Positions 22,952 through 35,600 of a stretch of 64,000 nt of DNA are shown in pieces. The notes below the pieces were generated by a model. The model was not told the origin of the DNA. It searched no databases and saw only the letters and a program-made list of their open reading frames with translations. Each line of letters opens with the position of its first letter. Position 1 is the stretch's first letter. The stretch covers positions 2,480,001 through 2,544,000 of the forward strand of contig OZ287067.1 of the NCBI GenBank assembly GCA_965645245.1, read 5' to 3'. The DNA is from Massalongia carnosa. Lineage: Eukaryota. The translations under genes and the position numbers were made by a program.

Positions 22952-24169
22952 ATCCAACTATGAAAGAAACAAAAGATGTTACAACACGCATTGCGGCAGC
23001 AAAATATGAACCGTTAGAGGCATTGACGGTGTAGAAGTTGGGGGTTGATCGATAGTCGAGATCCGATCAAGATCAAACAGTTCGCTTTTGGCGCACAATG
23101 AATAAGATTAGAGTCCAATGACTGAGTCGATCGGGCGATGTAAGCTACGCCAGTGGTTTTGAATTGCATAATGTAGGTTTAGAAAAAGATGCAGAAGTGC
23201 ATATCAGAGAGTCAATTAATGGGTAGGTACTCTGTACAGTGAAGATGGCAAAGAATAGGTGACGAAGACGCTGAGCAAATAGTGCAAGTTGTCTGTCGGT
23301 CAGTCTGTTTTGTATGGTCTGTCAGGTTTGCATCTGTAACCGTTGAGACTTTTTACTTCCCGCGTCGGGTTCGATCAATCCAGCTACCCCAGATTTGACG
23401 TCACGTTACCTTGTACCTCCTTACCTAATTAGCCAGAGGGCTCATAGGCCAGGTAACGTTGACTAATTCTGCACTTGAGGATTAGCCGAGCGGTTGTTCC
23501 GCAGGCCCGAGTCCAACCACGTGCCCTTAGCGCGAACTTGTATTCGCAGACTCTTGCGCCAGACCCAGGCTTTGCAGTTGTACAGTTGTATCACGTACAA
23601 GGGGACTCTGAAAAGCATAGTGATCCGAAGGTCTGTTCAGAATTTAGAGATTCCTCCCCCTCTCTTTACCCCTTTTCATTCTCAAGAGCGTGTTATGTTG
23701 TCTCGAATCACGTTTTTTTCTTCGCAAATCTTTATTTACTTTCAGTCATCTCACTCTTCTTATCGATTGTTCGATACTACTTGTGATGAAGTTGCAGCAT
23801 TTGCCTAAGCGATCATTTTTGATAATGAGAGAATTTAATGATTAGTATGCACAAACATGACCCGATTACAGCCTAATTTAGCGAGTGGACATTCTCGTGA
23901 AGAAAGCGAAGCGAGAGCCTTATCGGACTTTAGCCCAGATCATAGGGAATTGCTTTTTGTTCTCATCGCCAAGGCTAGATAAATGAAAAGACTGGCAATA
24001 AGTTGTTTCTTCAAGATTCGTGAGCCAAGTTCTATCTGTCCAACAACTACTGTTTCTTCCGCGAGGAAGTGAAATTCCAGAGAGCTCTGCTCACATAGCC
24101 GGCCCGCCATGAACCACAGAGAACATCCCAATACCTATTCGTATGACGTAGCAACAGGCATGATACCTC

Positions 24170-24833
24170 TCAGTAATTGCTTCTGTCCTGGTCTCCATCA
24201 TAGTTGCCTCGGTTCTGGAAACGCTCAGGGGCATCGTACTGGTTTGGGTTGTACTCATCCGCACCTTGATTGTCGATATAATGCTCATCATACATCTTCT
24301 TGGCATTCTCTTTGGCCTGGTGGTGCGCGCGCTCGCGGTCGTATTCATCCATACCTAGTAGCCGAGTCAGATCCTCCGAATCCGAGTACAAGCAAGATAA
24401 ACGCACCTTTGGTCTCTGCAAGCTTATCAACCTCTCCTCCGACAAAACTGCAGCACGTAAGCTTCTCTATCATGCATTGAAGAGGGAGGCATTTGACCCA
24501 GCCAGGAGCTCCTTGGCCAATGCGTGTGAAACTGGCTTTCCTAAAGAGTACGGGTTAATTAACGACCCCCTCGATGGTTCCTTCCCCCTACTCTTACTTA
24601 CCCTCTTTGCGTTGGTGGTCTTCAAATAGCTTGAAGCCTTCAAATGAAGCGGCTCCAGCAACTAGTTCATGTGAAAATTTGGCCTTGTTTTCATCATCTC
24701 CATCATCGTTGTAGACCTGTTTATGAGCATCTTCATTTTCACCTAAGTACCGTCAGATCAGTTAGACAGGATGCTCTAAGAAGAAGATTTGGGACAGCAG
24801 TCGAGGGGAGAACATACCCCAGCCCCAGCCCAT
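24170..24833 (-). CDS. cipC: CipC-like protein (DUF3759), 5 exons
   Basis: Spliced: MGWGWGENEDAHKQVY..KAKFSHELVAGAASFEGFKLFEDHQRKEGKPVSHALAKELLAGFVGGEVDKLAETKGMDEYDRERAHHQAKENAKKMYDEHY. Confidence 0.9.
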
Positions 24834-25580
24834 GATTAAACTAGTATTTGAATGGAGATGACTGGTAAAGTATTGTTATGCAGAATTTGGAGGTGAGGTT
24901 TCTTTGGTTAACTGATAGACTGACTTGTAGAAAAGATAGAGAAGAATTCCTAGAAATTAGGGTGTCGAAAGAGGAGGGGTAAAGGTTTAATAGGCAGTCC
25001 GAACCTCGCACCTCAGATTGATGACGACTTGCAGGCGGGGCTGCTTCCTTGCTAGTTAAAACCGAAAAACCTGATCGACCCCTAATCAACCCATTCGGCT
25101 TTGCTTGGACATGCGCTTTCTTACGAATCAGCTGCTTTTGAAATGGCGAACTCATGTCATGGGCGAACTGTTATCGTCTAGATCCTGATTTCACACCATA
25201 TTGCGTATGGCTGCATATTTCATGCTCTACCGCCTGCACCAGATCAGAACTCGTTGTGTAAATAGGCATTGTTTCCATCAATTGAGCTATACAAGCGGTC
25301 TTTATGATTGGTAGAGTTATTAAATGGAATAACTGTTTAAAACATAGGCAAGGAATCGATAATGGGATGAGGCAAAGGTCAAGCATTCCCGCAGTACGCA
25401 TTCGTCTTGGCAATGCTTGTTTGTTGTTTGTCAAATCAAATCCGATTAAGCCGCTCGTGGCACAGGGAACCGAAGCAATATGCGAGCTTGCCGAGCAGAG
25501 TGCGTGGCACGATGTGTCTTGTTCGCGTTTGTTGATCGACCTTGCATTGAGCAGACATTCATCGTTCTTTAACAATTACC

Positions 25581-26303
25581 ATGCCAACTCAACTCCCTAA
25601 AGCCTCGGATTTTCCCAAAGATCTCCACCTTGATGTCATTTCCCCTCCTATATCGTCCCATCACTTAGCGAACGTACTTATACTGCTTCACGGTCTAGGC
25701 GACAGCAATGCGTCGTTCAGTAACCTTGCCAGACAGCTTCGCCTTCCGGAGACGATTTGCATCTCCCTGCGAGCACCTACGCCTCTCCCTTTCGACCTCG
25801 GAGGATTTCATTGGGGAGATGACATCGTGTTTGATCAAACGTCAGGCAAAATGGAGTTTGACACCGGGTTTGCAAAGTCAGTGAAGATTCTTCAAAAAGA
25901 AATTATTGAAAATGTCTTGCAGAAAAATTGTGGATACAGGCCTAAGGAAATTATGTTATTCGGGTTCGGTCAAGGCGCAATGGCTGCGATTGCCACAGCG
26001 CAAACCATACCTGAGGACCTAGGAGGCATTATATCTATTGGCGGTCCTCTGCCGGCATCCATAACACTTCGTAGGTCAAGCACTCCTTTGTTAGTGCTTG
26101 GCGGATCCTCAGATACCTTAATTACTCGATCTGTTCTCGCGAACCTTCGAAGTGCCTTCGAGTTCGTTGACTACCAGAAGTGGACTAGGTCAGGAGATGA
26201 AATGCCACAGACCCGGGACGAGATGCTGCCAATCATGCGCTTCTTTGCTCTGCGGTTACGAAGTTACAAATGGATACCTGAGGGAAGCGTGGAGCTTAAA
26301 TGA
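25581..26303 (+). CDS. Phospholipase/carboxylesterase-family alpha/beta hydrolase (acyl-protein thioesterase-like), nucleophile motif degenerate
   Basis: ILLHGLGDS, LRAPTPLPF, LFGFGQGAM, ISIGG, LVLGGSSDTLI. Confidence 0.85.
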   Translation: MPTQLPKASDFPKDLHLDVISPPISSHHLANVLILLHGLGDSNASFSNLARQLRLPETICISLRAPTPLPFDLGGFHWGDDIVFDQTSGKMEFDTGFAKSVKILQKEIIENVLQKNCGYRPKEIMLFGFGQGAMAAIATAQTIPEDLGGIISIGGPLPASITLRRSSTPLLVLGGSSDTLITRSVLANLRSAFEFVDYQKWTRSGDEMPQTRDEMLPIMRFFALRLRSYKWIPEGSVELK

Positions 26304-26891
26304 TGTACAGCTAAAAGCACGGCCATATCAATACCTATGTATTCTCCAGTCTTTGACAGGAAAAATAAAGAATTGGCGGCTGAATTCCTTGCTGGGTATC
26401 CGGTTTGCTTTTGCAGAAGGAATAAATACACGTTAGATTAGAACAGCAGCTGAAAGGGTTTGATAGAGCTGGCTACTCCAAAGTATAGGGTGGTAGACGC
26501 TTACTCATCGCAATCAATTTTCCCCAAATGAGTTTTAGCCTGAGAAACAGAAGCAGTCCCATCAATAGTGTCCGAGGAACTACAATAATGCTTCGGTAGT
26601 AGACTACATACACCTGATGATCACCCATATTGACAACCTCAACAAAAATCCCTTCATGGTGAGCTACTGGTTGAGAAAGGGCGCAGAATAATATACGAAC
26701 ATCGGAACTCTTTATTTTAACCTTAAAGACCCAGTTTCACTGAAATAAGAAAAGTCGAATCGGCAGTGGATCCTACTAATCTTTAATATATCACTATGAT
26801 GCCTACCACAACTCTTATCCTAGTGAACCGCATATCGTAAGACGGTTCCTAGATCAGTATCGAAGTTGAGCCCGAATCGTAGCGCTAAAAA

Positions 26892-27502
26892 TCATCGGTC
26901 TTTCTGGATTTCCATTCTCCCAAAAAAGCGATCGAGTTCGTCCCCTGCAACGTTCGAAGCAGCATCCCCCATCCTTTCATCCTGACGGTCAACGTCTTGG
27001 TTATCCATGATATTTAACGGTTGATTTCGATCATTCATGGGCTCCAAGGTTTCATTGTTCTTCCTGGCCCTCTCCGGCTCCAAGATCTTTTCGTCTCTAT
27101 CCAGCCATCCAGGTGCCAGCCTACGTTTTTCCGCCAACTCTTGGTCCTTCAACCCAGCTTCCCAACCTCTCAATGTCCGTTCTGCATTTTCTTGGAGCTT
27201 CTGTAAATGTGCTTGTAAAGCCTGGCATGATGATATGATCTCGTCGGGATGTGCAGCATGGCCCGAGGCCGAGACAATATATTTTTCGCGCTCGACACCG
27301 TTAGGGTCGGCTGTCGAAGATGGAGGGAGAGTTGAGGGGAGCGGTTTATACGTGTAGGGTAACGTGGTGGCAGTGGGGAGAGATATGAATGGCGAGACTG
27401 TCAAAGGTAGTTGAGCAAGCTGAGGGTGAGGTCCTGCAGGGCAGGTGTCAATGCACACATCTCGATCCTCAAGTGAATGCCGAACTCACGTCCGTTATAC
27501 AT
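26892..27502 (-). CDS. Conserved-looking fungal hypothetical protein (intron 27434-27489)
   Basis: ATG TAT AAC GGA C|GA CCT CAC spliced into the 188-aa ORF (PHPQLAQLPLTVSPF..LPYTYKPLPSTLPPS, KRRLAPGWLD). Confidence 0.7.
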
Positions 27503-28126
27503 GATATGATTGGAGAGTGTTCTTTGGTGGGTCGCATGCAAAGTTAGTTTTGAAAGGACTGATGGAGCATTGAGAATTCTCGAGACTTTGAAAGTGGATA
27601 ACATCAACGGGGAATTGATGAAGGAATTTGATAAGTATTCTTTTCTCAAGGCGTGCCGAGTAAATCCCACGAATCTCGGGTTTAATTTAGACCCTTGTAA
27701 GATGCCCCGCGCTCGATAGGTTAGCAGGATCTATCTTTACAACTCTTCTGCCTTGTACGGAGTATAAAGACATTGTTATCTATCTTGGGCACCCAAAGGT
27801 AGGCAATTGTCTGATATTCAATTGGACTCGTACTCGAAAGGCTTCGACGTAGCACCCAAGGCAGCCATCTCAGATTCGCCAGGGCGTGACCCTAGCAAAC
27901 TTTCCTCCACCGCCGACACGTGCATCACGAATCAGCACCTCACGAGCTCACCAAAAGTGGGACAAAGCATGTCAATTGTACTGTAACAGTAAGCATCGCG
28001 CCACCATCCATTGGTGATACAAATCTCGAAGTAGTCAGGGGGTTGCACGAGCCCTAAAGATCAGTTCGCAAACTAACAAAACCCCTTCACCATCCTTACG
28101 CCACCTGAGACTCGACACAATTCATC

Positions 28127-30020
28127 ATGGAGAACAACGCGATCCCCAATCATCTTGATCGGGCTGTCAATGATAAAAGACCAGTGCCAGAGATAGATTT
28201 CACCTTACACACTATGGAGGATGGTGCCCAGGTCAGCACGCAGGAACGTGTCTGTAAAGGTGCGCCGTCTTTACTCCTCTGGCGGAGACATCGCTGATAG
28301 AAGATATTGGTATAGATGTCCAAGCGCCCGCATTCCTACCACCCACTGAAGACCAATTTCTTTCCCCCCAAGATCGCAGCAAACCAAATTTGCAGTTTCT
28401 CAAACAGCACTTTTATCGAGAAGGCCGCCTAACTGAAGAGCAAGCACTGTGGATTATTCAGCTGGGAACGGAGGTGTTAAGGAATGAGCCCAATCTACTG
28501 GAAATGGATGCTCCCATCACTGTGTGTGGCGATGTTCATGGCCAGTACTTTGACTTGATGAAGCTTTTCGAAGTTGGTGGCGATCCTGCAGAGACTCGTT
28601 ATCTTTTCCTGGGCGATTATGTCGACCGTGGATATTTTAGCATCGAGGTACGAGTAGGCTCAAAAAGATTCGTTTGTGTCCACTAAAAATGGGATAGTGT
28701 GTGCTATATCTTTGGTCGCTCAAGATCTGGTATCCTAATACCCTATGGTTACTTCGAGGCAATCATGAATGCAGGCATCTAACAGATTATTTCACCTTCA
28801 AGCTCGAGTGCAAACATAAATATTCGGAAAAGATCTATGAAGCTTGCATGGATTCCTTTTGTGCTTTACCCCTGGCAGCAATCATGAACAAACAGTTTTT
28901 GTGCATCCATGGTGGGCTGAGCCCAGAGTTACACACGCTGGATGACCTCAAAAGCGTGAGCAAGGATCAAAGTCTGATCACACCTACAAACGGTAGCTTA
29001 CCAGTGTAGATTGATCGATTCCGTGAGCCACCCACCCATGGGCTCATGTGCGACATTCTCTGGGCCGATCCTCTGGAAGAATTTGGCCAAGAAAAGACAT
29101 CAGAATTTTTCATCCACAACCATGTCCGCGGCTGCTCCTACTTCTTCTCTTATCCTGCTGCCTGTGCTTTTCTGGAAAAGAATAACCTGTTATCCGTCAT
29201 CCGAGCGCATGAGGCCCAAGATGCAGGTTATCGCATGTATAGAAAGACGAGGACCACAGGATTCCCCAGCGTTATGACTATCTTTAGTGCGCCGAATTAC
29301 CTTGACGTCTACAACAACAAAGCGGCTGTTCTCAAGTACGAAAATAACGTAATGAATATCCGACAATTCAACTGCACACCTCATCCTTACTGGCTGCCAA
29401 ATTTCATGGACGTCTTTACCTGGTCATTACCTTTCGTTGGTGAGAAGATTACTGATATGCTAATTGCCATACTGAACACCTGCTCGAAAGAAGAACTTGA
29501 GGAGGAGACCACGCCCTCTGTAAAGTCGTCTGCACCATCCTCCCCACCTCCGACCGCTGCGGACACTGAATCTACGGACGCGAAGCGGCGAGCGATAAAG
29601 AACAAAATCTTAGCAATTGGACGACTTTCTCGTGTGTTCCAGGTACTTCGAGAGGAGTCCGAGCGTATTACTGAGTTGAAAACTGCTTCCGGAGGCCGGT
29701 TGCCGGCCGGCACTCTTATGCTTGGGGCGGAGGGTATAAAGCAGGCAATACATAATTTCGAAGACGCACGAAAAGTTGATTTACAGAATGAAAGACTTCC
29801 GCCTACACATGATGAGGTGACTCGAAAAAGCATGGAAGATCGCAAGCAAGCTTTACAGCGCGCCAGCTTTGAGGCGGAGAATGATACTGGTTTAGCACAG
29901 GTTGCTCGACGGATTAGCGTGTATGTATCATTTCTACCCTCGAGGCATGTCGATTAGCGTTAGCTGACTTTGGTAATCAGGTCGTCGGGCACCGGCAAGG
30001 GGAGACGTAGCAATCCATAG
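28127..30020 (+). CDS. cnaA: Calcineurin (PP2B) catalytic subunit A, 5 exons
   Basis: [40 protein letters not shown] (CnB-binding), [14 protein letters not shown] (calmodulin-binding), [16 protein letters not shown] (autoinhibitory). Confidence 0.98.
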
Positions 30021-30367
30021 CCAGAATAGATGCATCATCTCTCTTTCCTGGCGCAACGAGATAACGAGACCGGAAGTAATGTTATTTTGAGTATACCTTG
30101 TTCAAACCTACATTATGTTGATGATTTCTCCACCTAACCCCTGGCCCTTATGGAACGTTGGCAACGGAAACTGTCTAGATTTTATCCTGATTTGTGAGCC
30201 CCATGGGAGGATTTGTAGATAGAGGATGATTCTTCATACTATAGCATACTTCCCAGAAATCATCCTATATTCGTTTGTAAAGGAACATAGGCAAAGGTAC
30301 TTGACCGAAGAAATGCGCTTAGAAGTATATTTTGTTGTGCCAACACCAAAGTGAAATCCAGTCTCAA

Positions 30368-32405
30368 ATGCCTTTGAGACCTCAACCAATCAACAAAGCA
30401 ATTATTCCTCCTACCTTCATTTGCCCTTCTTGTCGCTTTCAGTATGCCTTGTCACCCTCTCGTGGCTTGGTCGACATCCAATTGAATTCCTTCGTACGCC
30501 AACGCATTATTCAACATAGGTATGCATCTACCACAGCGTCGGTTTCCGCCGTTACCGCGAAGAAAGAAATCCCCCCGCCGTTCAGAAAGCTACATAAATC
30601 ATTGAGCTCGTTGAAGCGTGAAGCCGCCATATACGTTAATTCGAACCAGCTGCAACTTGCGCTGAGGGGCCTTGAGTCGGAGAATCCGGTCACGCGGGTT
30701 GCTGGTAGAAGATTCTCTTAATCGTTCTGTAATAGCCACTAAGATCTATATAGTTCTTGGAATCAACGGGCAGAAAGGAGCCCGCAGGCTTGTTCGAGCT
30801 CTTTTAGCCGATCCCTTGGCCCCAAAATCGCAGTGGGAAAAGAGGCTCCTCGACGCGGACGAGGTGGATGGCAAGGCTCTATTAGTCCGGTATGGGCTAA
30901 AAGAGAATGAGAAGGTGCAAACGCTCATATTCTATAGCTACCATGAAGATGCAGACTTTGAGCAAAGGCATCCACTCGTTAGAACCCTTTCAGTCCCTTC
31001 CTCGATGCTGCTGGCCCACAAGCTTGAAATCTTCATCCAGGCCATTCCACCTCTGTCTCAGCTTGGGAAGGCAACCGATGATGGCTATCTCGTTCCAGGG
31101 CTAGAAATGAAAAATTCGGCAGCCTGTAAGAGTTCCACAGTTCGTTATCCAGTACATAAGGCTCTCATCTTGGCCGAAGGATTAGAGAATATTGCTTCGC
31201 TAGGATTGCTAGACTCACAACGGCCTTATACTCAACGTCAAATGGAAAAAGGAGTTATTGACGCGAGCTGGAGCAATCTACAAGACTTAAGTTTAAAGCA
31301 GGGTATATGCCCGATCAACCTAGCAACTGGCGAGTTTGCCATTGAAAGCTTCCGTAAGTCGTTGGATTTGGCAGTGCAGTACGAGCATGCTTGGTTTGAT
31401 AGCGGATTGGCGAATCTTACGACATGGCTGTTGGAAGGGCTGGATCTAAAACCTCCCGCTCTCAAGCCCACATTGCAGAGGCTTATTGAGACTGTCTGCC
31501 ATAATGCTGAGTGGGCGATCCATAAAGAAAGGGAGGTGATGACCCGGAAATATACATTGACCACGGTTTCGCCTGCCACTAGAGCATTGCTTCAGGAGGG
31601 AATCATACAATGGGCAGAATTCGCACATACTGAGCTTCGCGACCAGCTTGACCACGTCTTCTTAAGTCGAAGTTGGAAGAAACTTGCGTGGTGGAAACTA
31701 TTCTGGCGCGTTGACGATGTGGGTTTTATTGTTTCGGACGTCCTGCAACGGGCTTGGTTGATTGAGGCCGAGAAAGAGATGATTTGGCATTCTGGACGGT
31801 TTTATGAAGCTGGCCTCGGGGACCCAGAAACCTATCTACGGCGCTCAACCCTACCGCAGCCTTCCAGTCATAAAATTGGCCAACTTCCGCCTGATCGACG
31901 AATGTCGGATATAACCACCGACATTGTAGGAGCCGAAGGCAAAGTCGTTGATCCATTCGACTTCCTTCCCCGACCATGGCCTCAAGAAATCTCTCACGCT
32001 CGCGCCTCCTTGTTCCGTGCTACCATCCCTCCCCTTCAAGCGCTTTCACAAAGTCTTCTCCTCCAAACAATTTCCACGACCGTTCTCACATCGTGTCTCT
32101 CAACCATTCTTTACGTTTCCGTATCAACCACCTCCGTCTACGAAGCCGGTGCCATTGCTGCCATTGGTTTTGTATACTCGATGCGCCGCTTACAGAAAGA
32201 GTGGAGTCTTGCAAGGGAGGCTTGGGTTGGGACGGTTAGGGAAGAGGGGAGGAAGGTTCTAAGGGCGGTGGAGGAGGGTATGAGGGCCATGCTGATGCAT
32301 GGGGGGAAAGGCGAAAGGGACGAAAGGGAGATACAAGCGCGAAGTATTGCATGGGAGGGAGTGAAGCGGGTGAGGGAGGACTTGAAGGGGCTGGAGGTAG
32401 CTTAA
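30368..32405 (+). CDS. Mmc1-like mitochondrial protein, probably with 1-2 short introns near 30706-30940
   Basis: Arg/Ser-rich presequence-like N-terminus (FICPSCR...HRYAST), ALLADPL, WKKLAWWKLFWRVDDV, C-terminal TM hairpin followed by RRLQKEW. Confidence 0.65.
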
Positions 32406-32632
32406 GAGCGCAGTGACGGTGCTTGTACTCTTTTGCTACTGAAAGTTGTAATCAGAAAGTTGGACTTCGTAACTCGCAGCCTTGAAGTGATCTCATAAAC
32501 CACCTTTAGATTCCAGATCATTGGTGATAACAATTCTGTTGGCCTAATCGATAAGAATACATCTGTCTCCAAGAAGTTTATTCCAATCATCCATAACTCT
32601 CAATTTTTACCCAATCGACCACTACAACAGCG

Positions 32633-33578
32633 ATGGAATCTTTCACCTCCCCGCCCCAACTCTCCGACTTCAAACCCCTCGACGAACACCTCTCCCAAAC
32701 TCCAGAGTCCTTTTTCCCGACAAAACCAATCCTATTCTACCATACCCAATCCGCAACTCTTACGATCAGTAACACCGACCTCGAGTGTACACCTTTACTA
32801 AAGACCCTCTCGTACCTCTCGAGCAATGGTGCTCAAAGTAGAGATGCAGAGCAGGATCGCGAAATCACAATCCCGAACGTCGAAATCTGGGTGACCAGCG
32901 CGTACTGCTCCCCTCTCCCTCCTCTAAAACAGCAGCGCTAACCGAAACCCCTCCGAAACCCAATCTAGGGATCTAATCCTCTACTCACCCACGCGCGCCC
33001 ATGGGGTCCGTATCCCTTACCCAACGATAACCCTCCACGCCATCCAACCCCCTACTACTCCAATCGCAGCTCCATCACTCTACCTACAACTCCTCAAACA
33101 ACGCCAACCCTATGATGACCACGATCCCGAGTCCACGATCTCGCTCACCCTCCTCCCGGCCCCCTCCCCATCCCCATCCTCCGAAAGCTCCGCGCAACTC
33201 CTCTTCGCCGCGTTGACCGAATGCGCCAATCTGCACCCGGACCCCACATCCGACTCGGATTCTGAGGCCGCCAATGGCCCTACAATTGGATTCGAAGGCG
33301 ACGCGGAAGACTTCCAGGCGATGCATGCATATTCCTCGTGTGTGGCGTTACCACCCCCCATGCCTGGAAGCGGGGGCTGGATTACGGCGGAGAATGTGGC
33401 GGAGTTTTATCATGAAGATGGGACGCCGAGAGGTGATGGAGAGGAGTTCCACGCAACTGAACAGGGGGAGGGGGGAGTTCTGTCGCTGGGCACTGGCGCC
33501 GGGAGCCTAAGGAGGGGAAGGGACGATAGGACAGAGGAGGGGGACGCAGAAGAGACGAAATGGAGAAGGACGGAATAA
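32633..33578 (+). CDS. LOT5: LOT5/ICln (regulator of volume decrease, Voldacs) family protein (intron 32902-32968)
   Basis: SQTPESFF, IPYPTITLHAI, LFAALTECANLHPDP, PPMPGSGGWITAEN, acidic tail ending TKWRRTE. Confidence 0.8.
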
Positions 33579-35190
33579 GAGGGGGCTAGTAGCACAGCTC
33601 TATGTATTATTGAAAGAGAATTAGCTGGTAGACAGCATAGCTTTCACCGTCGTCCTCGCCATGCGAGCAAAGCAGTCCTGGCGTACTTTGTACTTTATCG
33701 CAGCATATTTACTCTCGGCATATATGCGTTGGCTCCAAAACGCGATTTACCACATGACGGCCGACGTAATTACCCAAACCCTCGAGAATATAACTAACCG
33801 GTTTCCCAGATGCGTTACGAAACGGAGCATAATCAGGAACGACGTTGTAGTCTCACAACCCCCCACCCCATTTTCCCCCCTCTCCCTCCTTACGTATTCC
33901 ATACCAAGTAACTAACTTTCTGGGGACCAAGTACCTCTGCAGATAACTAGCTTAGTTAGCTACTCCCTGTCAAGCCCAAGTCACACCCCCAGCACTATAC
34001 GTAAGAGCTAGTCTCAATCTCGCTACGAAGTGTCTTATCATGTAGTCAGGTATTCACAGTCCGGTAAGTTACTGGATCTCTCCCACGGCGAGACGGGGAG
34101 ATAATACGAGGCGGTGAGGCGAGGTGGGATGGGGTGGGATAGGTATGATATGGGGAAGGTACTGGGAAGAAGAAAAGGGGATACGAATTAATGACATATG
34201 GCGTGTAACTAGTATGTGTAAGCTCATTACCCGAATATCTAACTCCATCAAGTTACTTCATACTCCCCCTGCTCTCTTATTCCTTCCCTTTCCACGGTTC
34301 TGCAAGTGGCGCTAACCGTATTAGGGAGTTTTCGTATCGGTCGTTGGACTGGAATCTCACTTCGTTGTTATCGTACGAGGAAACCCTTTGGTCTAAAGTA
34401 ATAAGTAGGGTTAATCGTGCTAGACCACTTTCGAAATGCAGAGAGCAACCCCTCAGTTATTACCGGCTCAAAGACGCATTTTCAACATTTTACACCTCAA
34501 CTTCGACACGTCAACAATCAACAACATAATGATCAATTCATATTCAGCTAACTAATGTGAGTGCATCGCGGCACCCAAAAACGTTGAAGTTGAAACCAAC
34601 GGTCTGATCAGGTTTTGGTGTGGTTATCGTGTTTGACCGACCGAAGCTGAATTGCAATGCATTCTGATAATCCCACACCTGATTCGGCACGGTAGATAGA
34701 TCATCATTGTCCCAAATCTCCAAATACAATGGCAGAAGTGCCTGCCTATCTTATCATTCCATTTCGATTGCAATACTATCACAGAGTGAGCCTAGTATAT
34801 TCTCAAGGCCATCCACCCTTGGGCTTTCTTAAGCGTTAATCAGCTGCAGACAAATCCTTACTCCGTAGCTAAGGTTGAGAGATTCTGATACAGCTCAATA
34901 GCAGCCAATACTTGTTTGTGCTTATGCACCCGCCTCGTCATTAGGCTACAGCAGGAGGCGTTGGCGAAGCTGTTCTTGGGTGTTACGCCTAATTCTATCT
35001 TTTAAAGGAAAGATGAGAGTCGCTGCTTTCCCTGGTTGTCTGGCATCTTGCACCGTCTGTCTCGCGATCTTTAAAGCTTCTTGACGATCGCTTGCCTATT
35101 TCCACGACTCACAGTCCAATACTTATTCTCCAAAGTCACCGCCTAATTGAGAAGGCATCTGCCGCCGCTTGTTCGTTATTTAGCCCTATA

Positions 35191-35600
35191 ATGTCTTCAA
35201 ATAAGATTCTCTCAAGCAAAGCTATTGGCACAGCCACCGTTGCTGGCAAGCAAGTAGCTCTAGCAATCGCTATTCCTACATAGAATTAGAATCGACCAGA
35301 GGACGTCGCTCTTACTCATGCACCTGGTTTCAAGGAATACGTCGAGAAATCCACGACGCCGCTACCAGCGGAGACAGCGAAAATCACGCAGCGGTTAGTG
35401 TGCTTGGTATTCCACGCTCGTGTTTAATGCCTTGTAGGGAAAGCGAACATCCAAGCCCTGGAGATCAGAAGTAACCACTACACGGGTGTGCTTGAGGATG
35501 CTAGCAACAACTACCTTGAAAGCAGGCATTTTTACAATGACAAACTTAACAGCCAAGTCTTAAGGGAGATTTGGTGGTGGTTTTGCGTCTATCGTTATGA
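35191..35600 (+). pseudogene. Small decayed gene with HPSxxD..HYT..H motif
   Basis: MSSNKILSSK..IPT*N*NRPED..KITQR|ESEHPSPGDQ/NHYTGVLEDASNNYLESRHF; two TAG stops (35281, 35287), one putative intron and a frameshift. Confidence 0.45.
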
